NCBI GenBank assembly: GCA_965112735.1
Contig: OZ218955.1
Coordinates: 434,001 to 498,000 of the forward strand
DNA: 64,000 nt
Reading direction: 5' to 3'
Source of the DNA: Phaeosaccion multiseriatum
Lineage: Eukaryota > Protista > Ochrophyta, other classes
The translations under genes and the position numbers were made by a program. The notes below the pieces were generated by a model. It searched no databases, had not been told where the DNA came from, and saw only the letters and a program-made list of their open reading frames with translations. Positions 11,667 through 24,305 of the stretch are shown in pieces; the stretch's first letter is position 1, and the number at the start of each line of letters is the position of its first letter.

Positions 11667-11928
11667 GCTCTACACAAGAGAGACAGACCTGCGGCACCGC
11701 TAGCTCAACAGCAAACAGCTCTGCAGCTTAGCTCTACACAAGAGAGACAGACCTGCGGCACCGCTAGCTCAACAGCAAACAGCTCTGCAGCTTAGCTCTA
11801 CACAAGAGAGACAGACCTGCGGCACCGCTAGCTCAACAGCACAGACAGCTCTGCAGCTTTGCTCTACACCTTAGCTCTGCAGCTTAGCTCTGCACCTTAG
11901 CTCTGCAGCTTTATCTCTGCTCAGAGCT
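11667..11928. repeat. 64-bp minisatellite, about 3 copies, decaying into ~13-bp tagctctgcagct subrepeats
   Basis: Unit gctctacacaagagagacagacctgcggcaccgctagctcaacagcaaacagctctgcagctta at 11667, 11731 and 11795. It abuts the COPE stop codon. Confidence 0.92.
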
Positions 11929-14663
11929 CTACACGGCAAAGGTTGCCGCCACTCTCTCGAAGGCGGTCTCTGCGGTGGCCAGCGAGCTTACGTAAGGGTG
12001 GTCGGGCTTGGCGGCCTTGAGCTGCGCTACGTAACGGTCGATGAAGGAAGATGGCTTGTCCTGAATAACCGAAAAGGAGAAGGAGAAGGAGGAGGAGGAG
12101 GCGGAGTCAGACAAGACGGAGGGAGCGTGATTGGTGGAATGTGAAGGGCAAGAGGCCCGCACGCACAGACACACATACAGTACACAGCACACAGCTAAAG
12201 GCCTTGTACGCCAACGCCCTTGCTCCAATGGTGGAAGCGTGAGTGGGTGAGTGAGTGAGTGAGTGAGTGAGTGAGTGAGTGAGTGAGTGAGTGGAGTGAG
12301 TGGAGTGAGTGAGTATGCAAGTAAGTGAGTGGGTGAGTGAATGGGTAAGTGAGTGAGTGAGTGGGTGAGTGAGTGAATGAGTAAGTGAGTGAGTGAGCGA
12401 GAGAGAGCCTGTCCACGCCGGAAATAGTCCCAACTCACTCGACTCCAACACTCTATGACGCGAATCGAATGGACCAAATGGAGTAAACACCTTGCCCTTA
12501 CGGTGCCACTCACCAGCAATCGATAGCACGCGATGAGGTTGATGAGAGTGTCGGGGTCGCTCTGACTCTTGCCTAGCGCCTGCTCCATGAGCGAATGGGG
12601 AACGGGGGCAGGGGAGGGCATCAGTGGGTACCAGTCCATCGGAACGTCACCAAGAGGGTGGAACATGAATGCGGGGGGGTGGAGAGAGGCAGGCAATATC
12701 GTGCAAACAGGCCATACCGTGCAAATAGGATATACCGTGCAAACAGGCAATACCGTGCAAGCAGAGTATATACACAGCACTCGACCAAACACCTCTGCAG
12801 CGCGTAGACTGTGCACTAATGTGTTGCTCGCCAAAGGGATATCCACCCGCAGAGCTCTTAACTCACATGCGTCACACTCAATTGAACTGCCTTTTACCTC
12901 CCCCTTACTTCCGCATCCCCTACTTCCACACAGATCACACGGGTGTTACAAACAAGTACACATACTCTCTTCTAATCTCTCTCTCTCTATATATATACAT
13001 ATATATCAGTCCCTTTCTCCATGGACGCGCTACTCACTTCCACCAGCTGCGCCTCCGCCTCATCGAGATTGGTCTTATCTCCAAGGTGCATGTTTGCCAC
13101 AGCGGCCCCGTTGAGCAGCATGGGAGACGCTTGAAACTTGTCCATGAGCTCAGAGAAGATGTAGGCAGCCTCTTGGTATGCCTTGCCGCCCTTGTGGAGG
13201 TTTACCCACGCCGTCACCAGCTGTGATGAGGGGGAGGGACGGGGTTAGGGAGGGAGGCACGGTGAGGTTGATGACGCGATGGTAGCAGCAAGGGAGGGGG
13301 GCAGCAGGACGGTAGCAGCCGCCTTGCACATGTCAAGGACACTGATGGTTGGGTTGGGGAGGGGCTATGGCACAGGGCCAATACAGGGCCTTCTCTCCCT
13401 TGTCCTCTTCAGCGTCTCATGTGGTAAGTACAGCGAGTACTTCACTTCAACGGACTTGACTTGCCTGCGTAAGAGTGGCGTCCTCGTCAGCCTGCTGCAT
13501 CATCCGAAGCTGATTGGTGGCGAGGTCCACCCGGTTCATCTTGAGATAAATCTGGGCAGACATGGACAGCTGCTCCATGGTAACGCTATTGCACACGGCC
13601 TTCAGGGCCTCCTTCACATTGTCCTCGTGCATGTAGATGGTTGCTGCGATGAGCTGTAGGGTGGGGTTGCCACTGTTCGGGGGAGGGAGGGAAGGAGGGA
13701 GGGGGAGGTAGGAGATAATAGGCGTGTGGGGCGGGAGGAGGAGAGGAACAGACGGAGACAATGGGAAAGATGGGTTGGATATACGGCTGGTCGACTGCAT
13801 TACAGTCCCCACATAATGTAGGCGGGTGCGAGGTGAGGGGGGAGGGGAGTGGCACAGACACGGCCGACAACACACCACACACACAGGGGTGTACCTGCCG
13901 ACAGGGGCGTCGAGCCACTCCGCCAAGGTGAGCACGATCATCTCCTTGTCCATCGGCTGCGTGAGGTACTGCGCCAGCAGCTTGATGGCCTGCAAAGACA
14001 CGGGGGCATCGTCCTTGACCTGCCACACGGGTTGGTAGTCGTTTGGGGCGCAACGTGGGGAGAAGGAACGAATGTGAGGGCTTGAGCAAGGTCGAGGAAG
14101 AGAGCACCTCGGCGTTGGGAGGAGTTATCCTCGCCCCTCCGCAACAAAAAGCACGTGAAGCAGTAGCAGGCTTGCAGTGGTGTCAGAGGAAGCGAGTGTT
14201 GGGAGACAGTGGGAAAGCGTGCGAGCAGTCACGTATGCAGGCTAGAGCTGCGTTGTACAAGCAAGAGGGAACGGCAAGCCTGGCCTCCACTCCCTCCAGA
14301 TATAAAGTAGACAATGCATGGGCTGCAACCGAACAGATCCTTCCCTTTGGTGCAAACGCTTCGAAGTCCTGGCGCCTTCCCTCACTCTCCGGAATCAACC
14401 GCCCACTAAAAGAGGGCAAACTCCGCCATGCAAGCCCATCCAACAGCAAACGCATTGCTCAACAAAGGGGAAGCATGTCCTACCTCGTTCATGACCACCG
14501 AGCCTTGGCCCAGGGCGACGTAGCTGCGGTAAATGAACTCATCTCTCTCGAGCTTGAGGGCGTCTGGCAGCCTGCCCAAACCGGACGCCTCTGCTATTGC
14601 CTGCTGGTAGCTGCCCAGCCAGAAGAAGTTCCGGAGCGTGAACAGATCATCTGGGTCCGACAT
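11929..14663 (-). CDS. COPE: Coatomer subunit epsilon, 6 exons
   Basis: Exons 14663-14484, 14019-13895, 13672-13465, 13220-13038, 12579-12514, 12060-11929. Motifs DDLFTLRNFFWLGSYQQAI, MNRVDLA, DEDATLTQLVTAWVNL, YQEAAYIFSEL, DPDTLINLI, PDHPY. Intron 3 has a GC donor. Confidence 0.93.
12696..12762. repeat. 18-bp intronic tandem repeat, 4 copies
   Basis: (a)taccgtgcaaacaggc(a/c) units in COPE intron 4. Confidence 0.8.
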
Positions 14664-14990
14664 GTTGACCCCCCCCTCTCTCTCTCTTCTCCTTCTTTAT
14701 TTGATGGAAGTTCTCCACTCCGTGGCCCAGGCCTAAGCGCTGCGAGTGGTGTGGTCTTGCGATGGACAAAACCAAACAGAGACGGACGAGTGGGAGAACG
14801 TCGCAGCAGCACAGAGAAGCAGGCAAGGCTCCTTTCCCTGCTATTGAGCCGGACCTCTTTTGTTTCGCAGCCTTCACACGGGAAGCAGAGTATACCGGCC
14901 AAAGGAGGAGAAGGAGAGAGAGGAAGAGGCCATTTTTTTTGTTGATTGAGGGGCAGCAGCAGCACTTGGGCGGCGCCACCAGAGAGCGCG
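14664..14990. promoter_or_regulatory. Putative bidirectional promoter between COPE and RPS16
   Basis: 327 nt separate the divergent ATGs of two well-supported genes. Confidence 0.5.
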
Positions 14991-15799
14991 ATGGTCGTAC
15001 GCCTGCGGTGTCAGCGCTTTGGACGCTCCCATGCCCCCTTCTACCGCATCGTCGTGGCGGACGCGAGGGCACCAAGGGACGGCAAATTCATAGAGATCGT
15101 AAGTCAAGTGTGCTTTGTGTACCGTGTGGGCCGTAGCAGTAGCAGCAGCAGCAGCAACAACAGCAGGACCAGCAGCAGCAGCAGTATCAGCAGCAGTTGC
15201 AGCAACAGAGGGGTGGTGCCGAGCTGAAGGACTGCTGATCAATGCATCGTTGCTTGAGGAAAGCCTTCCTGTCACCACCCCTCACCCTTCCTCTGCCCGA
15301 GCAGCGAGGAGGGAGCTGAGCTGCTGTTAAGCAAACCTTAAACCCTCCCCCTACTTCACTATGCGAACCCCAACCTCATCCTCACCGGCTCCTATCCGTC
15401 CGGACCTGCGCCTCATTCCCCCCCCTCTCTCTTCCTCTCTTTCCCATAGGTGGGTACCTACAACCCCATCGTAACGAAGGCAGGCGTGAAGGAGATACGG
15501 CTCAACGTGCGTCGCATCAAATATTGGCTCACGCAGGGGGTGCAGCCCTCCGAACGAGTGGCCTGGCTGCTGGGGCAGTTCAACATCCTGCCCGAGCTTC
15601 CGCAACGATGGCAGGTGTGTGTGGTGTGCTCGGGGAGTGAGGTGTGAATACAATGCACTGCTTCCATTGGGAGCAGTCATGTCGCCCTTCAGGGAGGGGA
15701 GTGGCGGGGGAAGCGGGTTAGCTGCTGGTTGTTGGTACCGTGCCTTCTTGATAAGGAGAGGGCAACCACCAGTCTCTGGCCTCCTCTATCTCTTCCCCT

Positions 15800-15830
<31 letters not shown>

Positions 15831-16263
15831 AGCACTACCGCTGCTGGTTGCTGTCACTCATGACCCCCCCACCCGCCTCCCTCCCTCCCTCCCTCCCTCC
15901 CTCCAATGCCCTCCTTAGACGATCAACAACGTGCCCAAGAAGCTCCGTAGAGAGCAAGCAGCAGCAGCCAGCAAGGGCTTCCATACCCTTCCCGCCAACC
16001 GCCAAGTCCACGCCCAATGGACCCCAGCCCAGGCCCAAGCAATGCCCCCCGCGCCGCCCTGCTCACCACTTTCATCTCCTTCTCCGTCTCCACCCTCGTC
16101 GCAGTTCCTCCCCCTACCACCGTCCATTGCCATCTGCCCCTACCTCTCTACCCTGGCCATGTGCAGTGGAGGTGGCAGCAGCATCTTTCCGGCCTTCTCT
16201 TCCTCCCCGCTTCGGACATCCGTGGCGTCATCGGCAGCATCGGCCGCTTTGAGGGGGAGATGA
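14991..16263 (+). CDS. RPS16: Bacterial-type ribosomal protein S16 (bS16m, probably mitochondrial) with C-terminal extension, 3 exons
   Basis: Exons 14991-15098, 15450-15614, 15919-16263. [42 protein letters not shown]...[19 protein letters not shown] is the bS16 signature. Confidence 0.92.
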
Positions 16264-16741
16264 TGATAATGACGATGATGGCAAGGACGAGGACGAGGAC
16301 GAGCTTACTCCTACTTGTATCGCTCAGTTGGTGTGTTGGTTAGTTGGGCCCACCCAATCCGTCGGTTACTCCACCCACACGGCTCAATCTCGTGTGTGGA
16401 TTGGCGGGTTGATAACGTCAAGTAGAGAGAGAGAGAAACAGAGAATAGAACTTTTATGTAATAGAAATTTGTTTCCCCAGTCCCATGTCTGTGTAAAAGA
16501 ACAGCGAATGTTGTGGTAACATGACGACACCAACGCACACCGCTTCTTCTCGTACTTACGATCAGTGCATCACCCGCCATCCGCTCTTCACTCCTATTCC
16601 CTACTTGCTACTCGCCCTCTCACGCCCCGTCTCTCTCTCTCTCTTTCCTCCTCCTCCTCCTCCTCCTCCTCCTCTCTCCTTCTCCCCCACCCTCTCACCA
16701 CTCGCTCATCACTCTTCCCCTCCCTCGTCGCTCTCTCCTCC

Positions 16742-17796
16742 TTAGTCCGTCTTCATGCCCGACGTATCAGTCTGAAACTTCGCATACAGGAGGCTGTCTC
16801 TCCCAATGTCTATGTTCACCAACCCACACACCGCCGCCAGCACCGCCAGGATGAGGAAGAAGCCACTCCACAGGTTGATTTGGTACTGCGATATGTCCTC
16901 CAGTGACACATCGTCGTCGCCAGAAGAGGAGGTCTGCAGCTTCCGGCGGCGGCGGGACTGGGCGGTCGATGAGGAGGAGGAAAGCATGTCTTCTGCTGTA
17001 TCACCACTCGACGATGCTAGCGCTTCTCCTGCCACCACCTGGAGGGAAGGGGCGTAACACCGTAACAAGGAGGGGAGGGACTTGGTGAGACACCACATCT
17101 GCAAGGAGGGGACATACATAGCCATCAGGACGCATTCAATACTCCACTCCACAAGCCCCACTACCCGTCCTCTCCTCCATACTTCGTACTTAGTACGCAA
17201 TTCTTTGGTTGATTCCTGTAAGTCAATAAAACCCCCCTATCCTCTTTCACCTGCACTGCCACCGCCACATCCAGGCTGCGAAGGCTGCTCGAAACCGCCA
17301 CGTCAAGCAGCGCGAAGGCGTACTCTCTTCGTGCACTCGTTTTTCTCTTGCTCGCCTCTGCCCCTGCCACAAGCAATCGCGCCGGGGTGGAGAAGTATGC
17401 CACGAAGACAGACGGCGGACCGCTGTCGCTGCTGCTGCTGCCGTTGCTGCGGCTGCGGCTGCCCCCCCCCTTCCTGAGTTGGTGCTCCTGCATCGTCGTC
17501 GCTAGCCCTGCTGCCAAGACGAGCTCCGAGTAGCACGCGCGGTCCTCCTCCGCAGAAACCAAGTCTAATTCCAACGCTGGTCCTGACACCTCTGTCCCGG
17601 TGATACTCAGTCTGCAGGCGGTGGACTGAGAGTGGCAGCCCTCCGCGGCGATGCCTACCTCTGCGAGTCGCGCTGCCTCTCTATCCGCTTGCTGCTTGCT
17701 GCCTTTGGCGGAGGTTTTGTCCTCGCCCTTGCCGAGTGAGGGTGATGCCGTCACCACCACTCCGGCCTTACATGCGTCCGTGTCGAAGAGGAGAGC

Positions 17797-17844
<48 letters not shown>

Positions 17845-18751
17845 GCTGCTCGACTCGTCGCTCGCAATGCACACCACGGGCCCCTTGCTTCCTCCGTACC
17901 GTGCCACCTCAAAGGCGTGTGCACCCAGTACCTCTGTGAGTGGGGACACTCGGCCTCCTGCGTCACTCCGCCCTGAGAGCCGAAGATCGCTGCTCACTTC
18001 AGCGCTCCGGAGCATGCTTGAGAGAAAGGGGGTGGAGGGTAGACCTGGAGAGGCATGTATGTGTGTGTGTGGGAGAGAGGGGCAGAAGGGAGGACGAAAG
18101 AGCAAGGACACAGTGAGAAAGAGAGGGAGAGAGAGAGAGAAAGAGAGCGTGAGCCAGTGAAGGAGAGAAGTGAGTCAGGCTGAAGAAGACGAAAGAGAAA
18201 GCTTCTCCGGTTCTGCACGACTTCTCCGTGTTGCAGCAAATCTACTGTACCGTACGAGGATGGATCGAGGGCATAGATCGAGGGCCTGCATTACAGTAAT
18301 CAGACAGCAAGATGGGGGACAAAGGGACATGCGGCTCACCAGTTCGCCTCAGGCCATCAACAAAGAGCATCATGGAGGCGTGTGGCCGATTGAACAGGTC
18401 CCCCACGGGGAGCGCCACCGCGACGTCGGCAGGTGCATCCAGGCCCAAAATACGACCCACGGCAGCGCTGACTTGCTGCGGGCTGATCGCGCGGGACGGG
18501 GAAGAAGCGTGGGGCAGAAAGAGTGGGGGGGCATCCTCGTCGTCCGGCTCGGCGATGACCGGGGCCGGCGCTGAGGGTGTTGCTGGTGCTGCTGGTGCTG
18601 CTGCCGCTGCGGCTCCCTGCTGATGGCCGTCGCTCAGCTTTCCGTTCACCTCGCCAAATCCGATCCTCGCTATTGGGCGATTGCTTCCGGCAGCAACGCT
18701 GCTGCTCCCCAGGGCCGCCAGCACGAGCACGGCATGAAGTGCTGCCCGCAT
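16742..18751 (-). CDS. ATP6AP2: ATP6AP2 / (pro)renin-receptor-like V-ATPase accessory type I membrane protein, 3 exons
   Basis: Exons 18751-18340, 18044-17251, 17038-16742. Signal peptide MRAALHAVLVLAALGSSS; N-domain motif LPVGDLFNRPHASMMLFVDGL; C-terminal TM plus tail YQINLWSGFFLILAVLAAVCGLVNIDIGRDSLLYAKF resembles the ATP6AP2 M8-9 fragment. Confidence 0.75.
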
Positions 18752-19012
18752 GGTGCTCTTCCCTCCCGATCCTCCCCTCCCAACCCCTTTCTTCTTCTCT
18801 CTCCCTCTAATTCGCCTTCACTTTCACCACTGCACGGACGAATCTGCTTGCAAGTACTTGTGCGCTTGCTTCGTAGATTGCGCAGCACACGGACCCTCGC
18901 CTGTCTGTCTAGCGGCAGCAAGGAGCAACAAAAGGAGGAAGGGAGAGAAGGAGGGGGAGAGAGAGAGGATGTTTTTAGGACACCACGATTTTTGGTGTCG
19001 ATCTCCTCACAA

Positions 19013-22000
19013 ATGGCAGGATATAGCCATTGGTTCTCCACTCCTATTGCGAACCACAGGCACGCGAGCGAGAAAAATAGGGCGATGCGCGTCCCTCTAT
19101 CATACCCGCGCCCACCCTCCAGTCAGCCGGTGGAGAAGGACCTCTGCTGTGGTGGTCGTACGGTGGGAGAGTGGTGCGGTGGCCTCCCCAGCATCAGCAG
19201 TGGGGGTGGCAGCACGAGGCGAAGCGGAAGTAGGAGGAGATTTGCGGCTCTGGCAGTGGGCCGACAGCCAGTGGTAGCGACGTGGACCAGTAGAACTCAA
19301 CTCTCTAGTAGTAGCAAGAGTGATGGCGTCAGTAGCGGGACGGACAGCATTATTAGTAAAGGCTCAAGCGATGATACAACCGCAGGCAATTCCTCCTCGG
19401 GGCCTCAAGCCGGAGCAACAGGGCCGCAGGGAGGACGGGGAAGAGGGAGGGGCAGGGGGCGAGGGGGCAGAGGGGGGAGAGGGGGGAGAGCGGGGGGAAG
19501 AGGGAGAGGCAGAGGCAGAGGGCTTGGAGGAGGCAGAGGAGGGGAGAACAAAAGGTACGTCCGTGCCATGTACTTCCTTCGCTGGCGCTTCGTACTGCGC
19601 TCCACACTCACTTTGGTCACTGGGGTGTCAAAGTGAGAGGACTTGGGTGTGCAGGAATGGAGGAGATCTGCTTTCTGCCTTTGCCTCATCTCCCATGTCT
19701 CAGTTCGATGTCCTTCTCTGTGACAGCTTCGCTCCACACCCACACCTTCCCTGACTTCTGTATGCACCCCCTGAACACGCACGCACCCACGCATCCCCCT
19801 CTCCCCTACCCCCTTCGTCAAGGCCTTGGCGCTACGTACCTCAGTCAGCAGAGTCGAAGGTGCTCACGGCACGCATAAAGTCGCTGGGGGGCAAGAACAG
19901 AAGCAGGGTGGACGGCGGGGGCGAGGAGGGGAGCGACCCAAACGACGACTGGGAGGAGGTATATAACCTCGTGCTGGGCATGGATAAGACTCAGGTGGAC
20001 AAGCACATTTACACGGCCGCCATAAACCTCCTGGGGCGGAGCAGAAACAGCAGCAAGTGTTTGCCCCGCGTCCGCTACGGCAGAGGCAGCACCAGCACCA
20101 GCAGTAGCAGTAGCAGTAGCAGTAGCAGTAGCAGTAGTAGTATGAGAAGTAGCAGTGGTAGCAGCAGCAGTGGGAGCACCAGCGGTACTACCGCAGAGCT
20201 CGTGCCCTGGAGTGCCGCGGTGCGATGGGAGGAGGCACTCGTCTTGTGGAAGGACCTTAAGAGCAAGGGAGTGGTGCCCAACTTGGCTCTCTACACGGTC
20301 ACAATTGGCGTATTCGCCGTCGCACAGAAGTTCGACCTCGCGGCGGAGTTCTGGAAGGACATGGAGGTGAGGAAGAGGGAGGGAACGAAGAAGAATTGCT
20401 TGTGACCGGGCCAACTGGGGGATTCCTTGCGTCTGGGGGCGGCCCCTTTTCCTCTGCTCTCTGTTCCCTCGACCAAGAAGCTTCCCCTGCTATGCGTGAG
20501 TGTTGTGTCGTGCCTATGTTGACCACCTTTGAGGACCGTAGTTTGGAGCTTAGCACAATCTCGCAGACGACGGATTGATCTTCTCTCGTCTCCCTCTCCC
20601 CCTCCCACCCCGGCACCTCTCCGACCCCCCGCTAATTTAGCCCCCCGCCCCCCGCCCCCTTTCACTGCCATCCCCCCCATCTACTACACCCTCTCCCTTC
20701 CAATCAGGAGGCGGGCCTGCGGCCTAACCTCATGGCCTACAACGCCATCCTCTCCGCCTGTCTGCGTTGCAGGAGGTCCGAGCGTGTGGGTGCACTCGTA
20801 CAGCAGATGGGGCCCCTCGGGGAGGGCACGGAGGCCGCAGGATGCTTCGAGTCCGCGATCACCGTGTGTGCCAAGTGCTCCGATTGGGTAAGTCAGTGAA
20901 ATGGGGGGCATGTGTTCTTACAAACACATGGTGCTGAAGAACATTGGCCCTACAACTGTAGAACATTGGCCCTACAACTGTAGAACACAGCGAGTTGAGT
21001 TGCACTCTTCTCCTACTATGCCTCTTTTATGTCTTCTCTCTCTTGTCTTCTCTCTCCCCATCTCTCTCACCCTTCCTCCCTTGTCCTCCCTTGCATTCCC
21101 TCCCCTGCCCTCCCCCCCTGTCCTGCCTGCCTGCCCATATGCCTGTATTCCTTAGGGTACCATCCGCCGCATGTGGACGAACTCCATTAGCTCAAGCCCC
21201 GCCCGGGACATCCTCAGCGGACCCGTTCTCAACTACGTCGTGGTAAGTCAGCGAAAGCGAATGTGCTGTGCGCGCTCAGTGAACATTAGTGATGTTGGCG
21301 GTGCTCTGTTAGTCCATATTATCAGATACTACTACGAAGTAGTGCCTTTTACGCAAGCAAGAGAGCACGCACACACACACACACACACACACAAAGAGAA
21401 GAATTTACAAGTCTCACACCCTTCCCTCCGTTCCCTCCCTCCCTCTCCTGCCGGCCTCCTTCCCCTCCCCTCCCCCTCCCTCCCTCCTCCCTCCTCACAG
21501 GGTGCCTTCTCCCGCTCCAGGGAGTGGGGTGAGGTACTCTCGCTTGTGCAGTCCATGAAGGCCCGGGGCGTGTTCCTCTCAGACCCGACCTACAATGCCG
21601 TCATCACCGCCTCAGCCGCCACGTACGTGTGTGTGTGTGCGTGTGTGTGTGCGTGCGTGTGCGTGTGCGTGCACTGGGGGCGATTGTTTTCACTTAATTT
21701 GTTCCTTGCCGAATGACTTGCGTGGTTCCAGGGGGGATATGGCCAATGTCGTTGAGCTGCTGGCAGGGATGGACAAGAGACTCACAGAGGCCGCCAGCAA
21801 CCGTATCACCAACAGCAGCGGTAGTGCGGGGGGAGGATGGGGGGCTCGGAGAGGGGGCAGAGGAGGGAGAGGAGGGCGATGGGCGGACGCAGCAGCAGGA
21901 GGCAGGGGAGGAAGGGGAAGGAGAGGAGGGGCTCCGAGCCGGGAGGATGACTCTTATTCCCGCGAATCACAAATGGCGATGAGTTACGCACTCGCCCTGC

Positions 22001-24268
22001 GCGGCTTTGCCCAGGGGGGGCATTGGAGAGAGGCCCTGCATCTGCTTGAGAGGATGGAGGTAGGTACATGTACGGTGTCAATCTCCCTCTTCCCTCTCTC
22101 TCTGTCTGCATCTCCCCCCGTCTTTGTCTGTCGCTTCCCCTCTGTATCTCTCTTCCCCTCTGGCTCTTCTCTCCCTCTCTCTCTTGCCTCTACCCCTCTC
22201 TCTCCCTCCTCTCTCTCTCTCTCTCTCTCTCATTCCTTCCCCTCTCCGTCTCTCTCTCTGCTCTCTGCAGGAGGCGGGTGTGCCTGTGGACACCAAGGGC
22301 TACAACAGCGCAATCACGCTCTGCTGCAAGGAGGGGCCGTGGGAGGAAGGTAAGTGTGTGTGTGCGCGCGATGCATGTGTGCGTGTGCGTGTGCGTGTGC
22401 GTGTCCACGTGCATGAGTGTGGGCGTGTTCGTGTGAACGTGTGCGTCTGAGCGTGTGCATGAGTGTGTTCGTGTATGTATGGTTGACACTTTTCTCCGAC
22501 GAATCAGCAATAAATGTTCCCTCCCTTGCACCCCCACCCCCACCCCCACCCCCCAGCCGTGAAGCTCGTGGGCAAGATGCGTGAGCAAGGGGTGGAGGCG
22601 GACGTCGTCACTTACAACACTCTCATTGGAGTCATCTCTCACAGTGAGACCCCGCAGTTTGAGATCATGCTGGACCTCATCCGCAGCGCCCGAGAGAGCG
22701 GCGTGGTGGTGTCCAAAGAGAGCTACACAGCCGCCATTCAGGCCGCCAACAGGGTCAGTTTTCAGATTTAGTTCACTCGCTTTTGGCAGTGCTCCCTCCC
22801 CCGCGGCCTGTCTATCTACGTACCTATGGCCTTTGTCTCTCTCTCTCTGTCTCCCTACCTATCTATCTGTCTATCTATGCCCTTCGCCTACCTGACCATA
22901 AACCCCTTGCGTGGCCGCCCCCCGCTGGCATTGGATTGGAACCATGAATCAACGTGTCTCCTAACCCTCTCACTTCCCTCTCCTTCCTCCTCTACTGTCA
23001 TCTGCCCTCCTCTCCTCTGCCCTGCACTGCGCTGCCCATATACCCCCACTCTGCCCTGCCCTGCCCCATACGCCTCTACCCTGCCCTGCCCATACACCTC
23101 TACCCTGCCCTGCTAAAACACCTCTACCCTGCCCTGCCCATGCACCTCTACCCTGCCCTGCCCATACACCTCTACCCTGCCCACACACCCCCACCCTGCC
23201 TATGTACCTCTACCACTCCAGAGCGACATGCCTGCCTCTGCCCTGTCCCTCCTGGAGTGGATGCGCGAGGACGGAGTCCATCTGGACCGGCTGACCTTCA
23301 ACTCCCTTATTCACTCCGCTGCGCTGCTCAATGACGCCGGCCTTGCCCTCAGCCTGCTCGACGACCTCAAGGTACTTCATCCACTGCCATCTGCTGCGAT
23401 TTCCCCATTGCCATCCGTCCACTGCCATCCACTGCTGTCCATCCACTGCCATCCCACCCCTCGCTCCCCATATTCCTCTAATCTGCCCCCCCCCCCCCCC
23501 ATATGCATGTATGAACCCTTTATTGCAGGCGGAGGGCCTCACCCCCTGTCGCATCAGTTACGCGAGTGTTATCAACGCTTGTGCTCGAGCCGTGTCCAGC
23601 AGGAGGGAGGCCGCCAATCAAGCCCAGGCCCAAGCAAGTCAAGGCACTTTCAGTTTCAGTTTCGGCGACAGCGACGCCAGCGACAGCACCAGTGACAACA
23701 ACACCACCAACAGTGAAGCGAGCGCTGGCAACAGCGATGAAAGCGGCGGTGATGAAAGTGGCAGCGGTGGTGATGCTGACGTGGATGGGGACGGAGAAAG
23801 CGCCGCTGCAGAAGAGGTAGGGCGGATGGTTCTCTGAGGTGCTGTCCCATGTGGTCTGTGAAGGGCTTGGTTCAGGGCTCACGTGCTCCTACCTCATCCC
23901 CTCCCTCCCCCCCTCCTCCCAGGCACTTGAGATCGCCACAATGGGGCTGGCCACCCTTCGCTTCATGGAGGACGAGACAGCCCTACCCCCCTACTTCGCG
24001 TGCTTCGACAACGCCATATCCGCCCTCGCTAACGCCGCCCTGCTGATCAGGGGTGCGGATGAGCGGCGCAGGGAGGAGGTGGATGGAGCCATTTGTGATC
24101 TTGTAAGGGAGATGCAGGCAAAGGGACTCGTCCCGCCCTCCAGGTGAGCACCACACATCCATCTGTCTGAAACGTATTGTCGACATCTGTGTCGATATGA
24201 TCGAAATTGTCTCGATTGATGGAGGCCAATAAACTGCAACTGCAAATGCCAACTGCAACTTCCTCCCT

Positions 24269-24305
<37 letters not shown>

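Noticed and set aside
11667-11928. CRISPR-like array
   Set aside because: Units are head-to-tail with no unique spacers, no cas genes, and a eukaryotic context. The same applies to the repeats at 4732 and 42048.
15332-15346. Interstitial telomere repeat (aaccttaaaccct)
   Set aside because: Only one to two imperfect units, compatible with chance.
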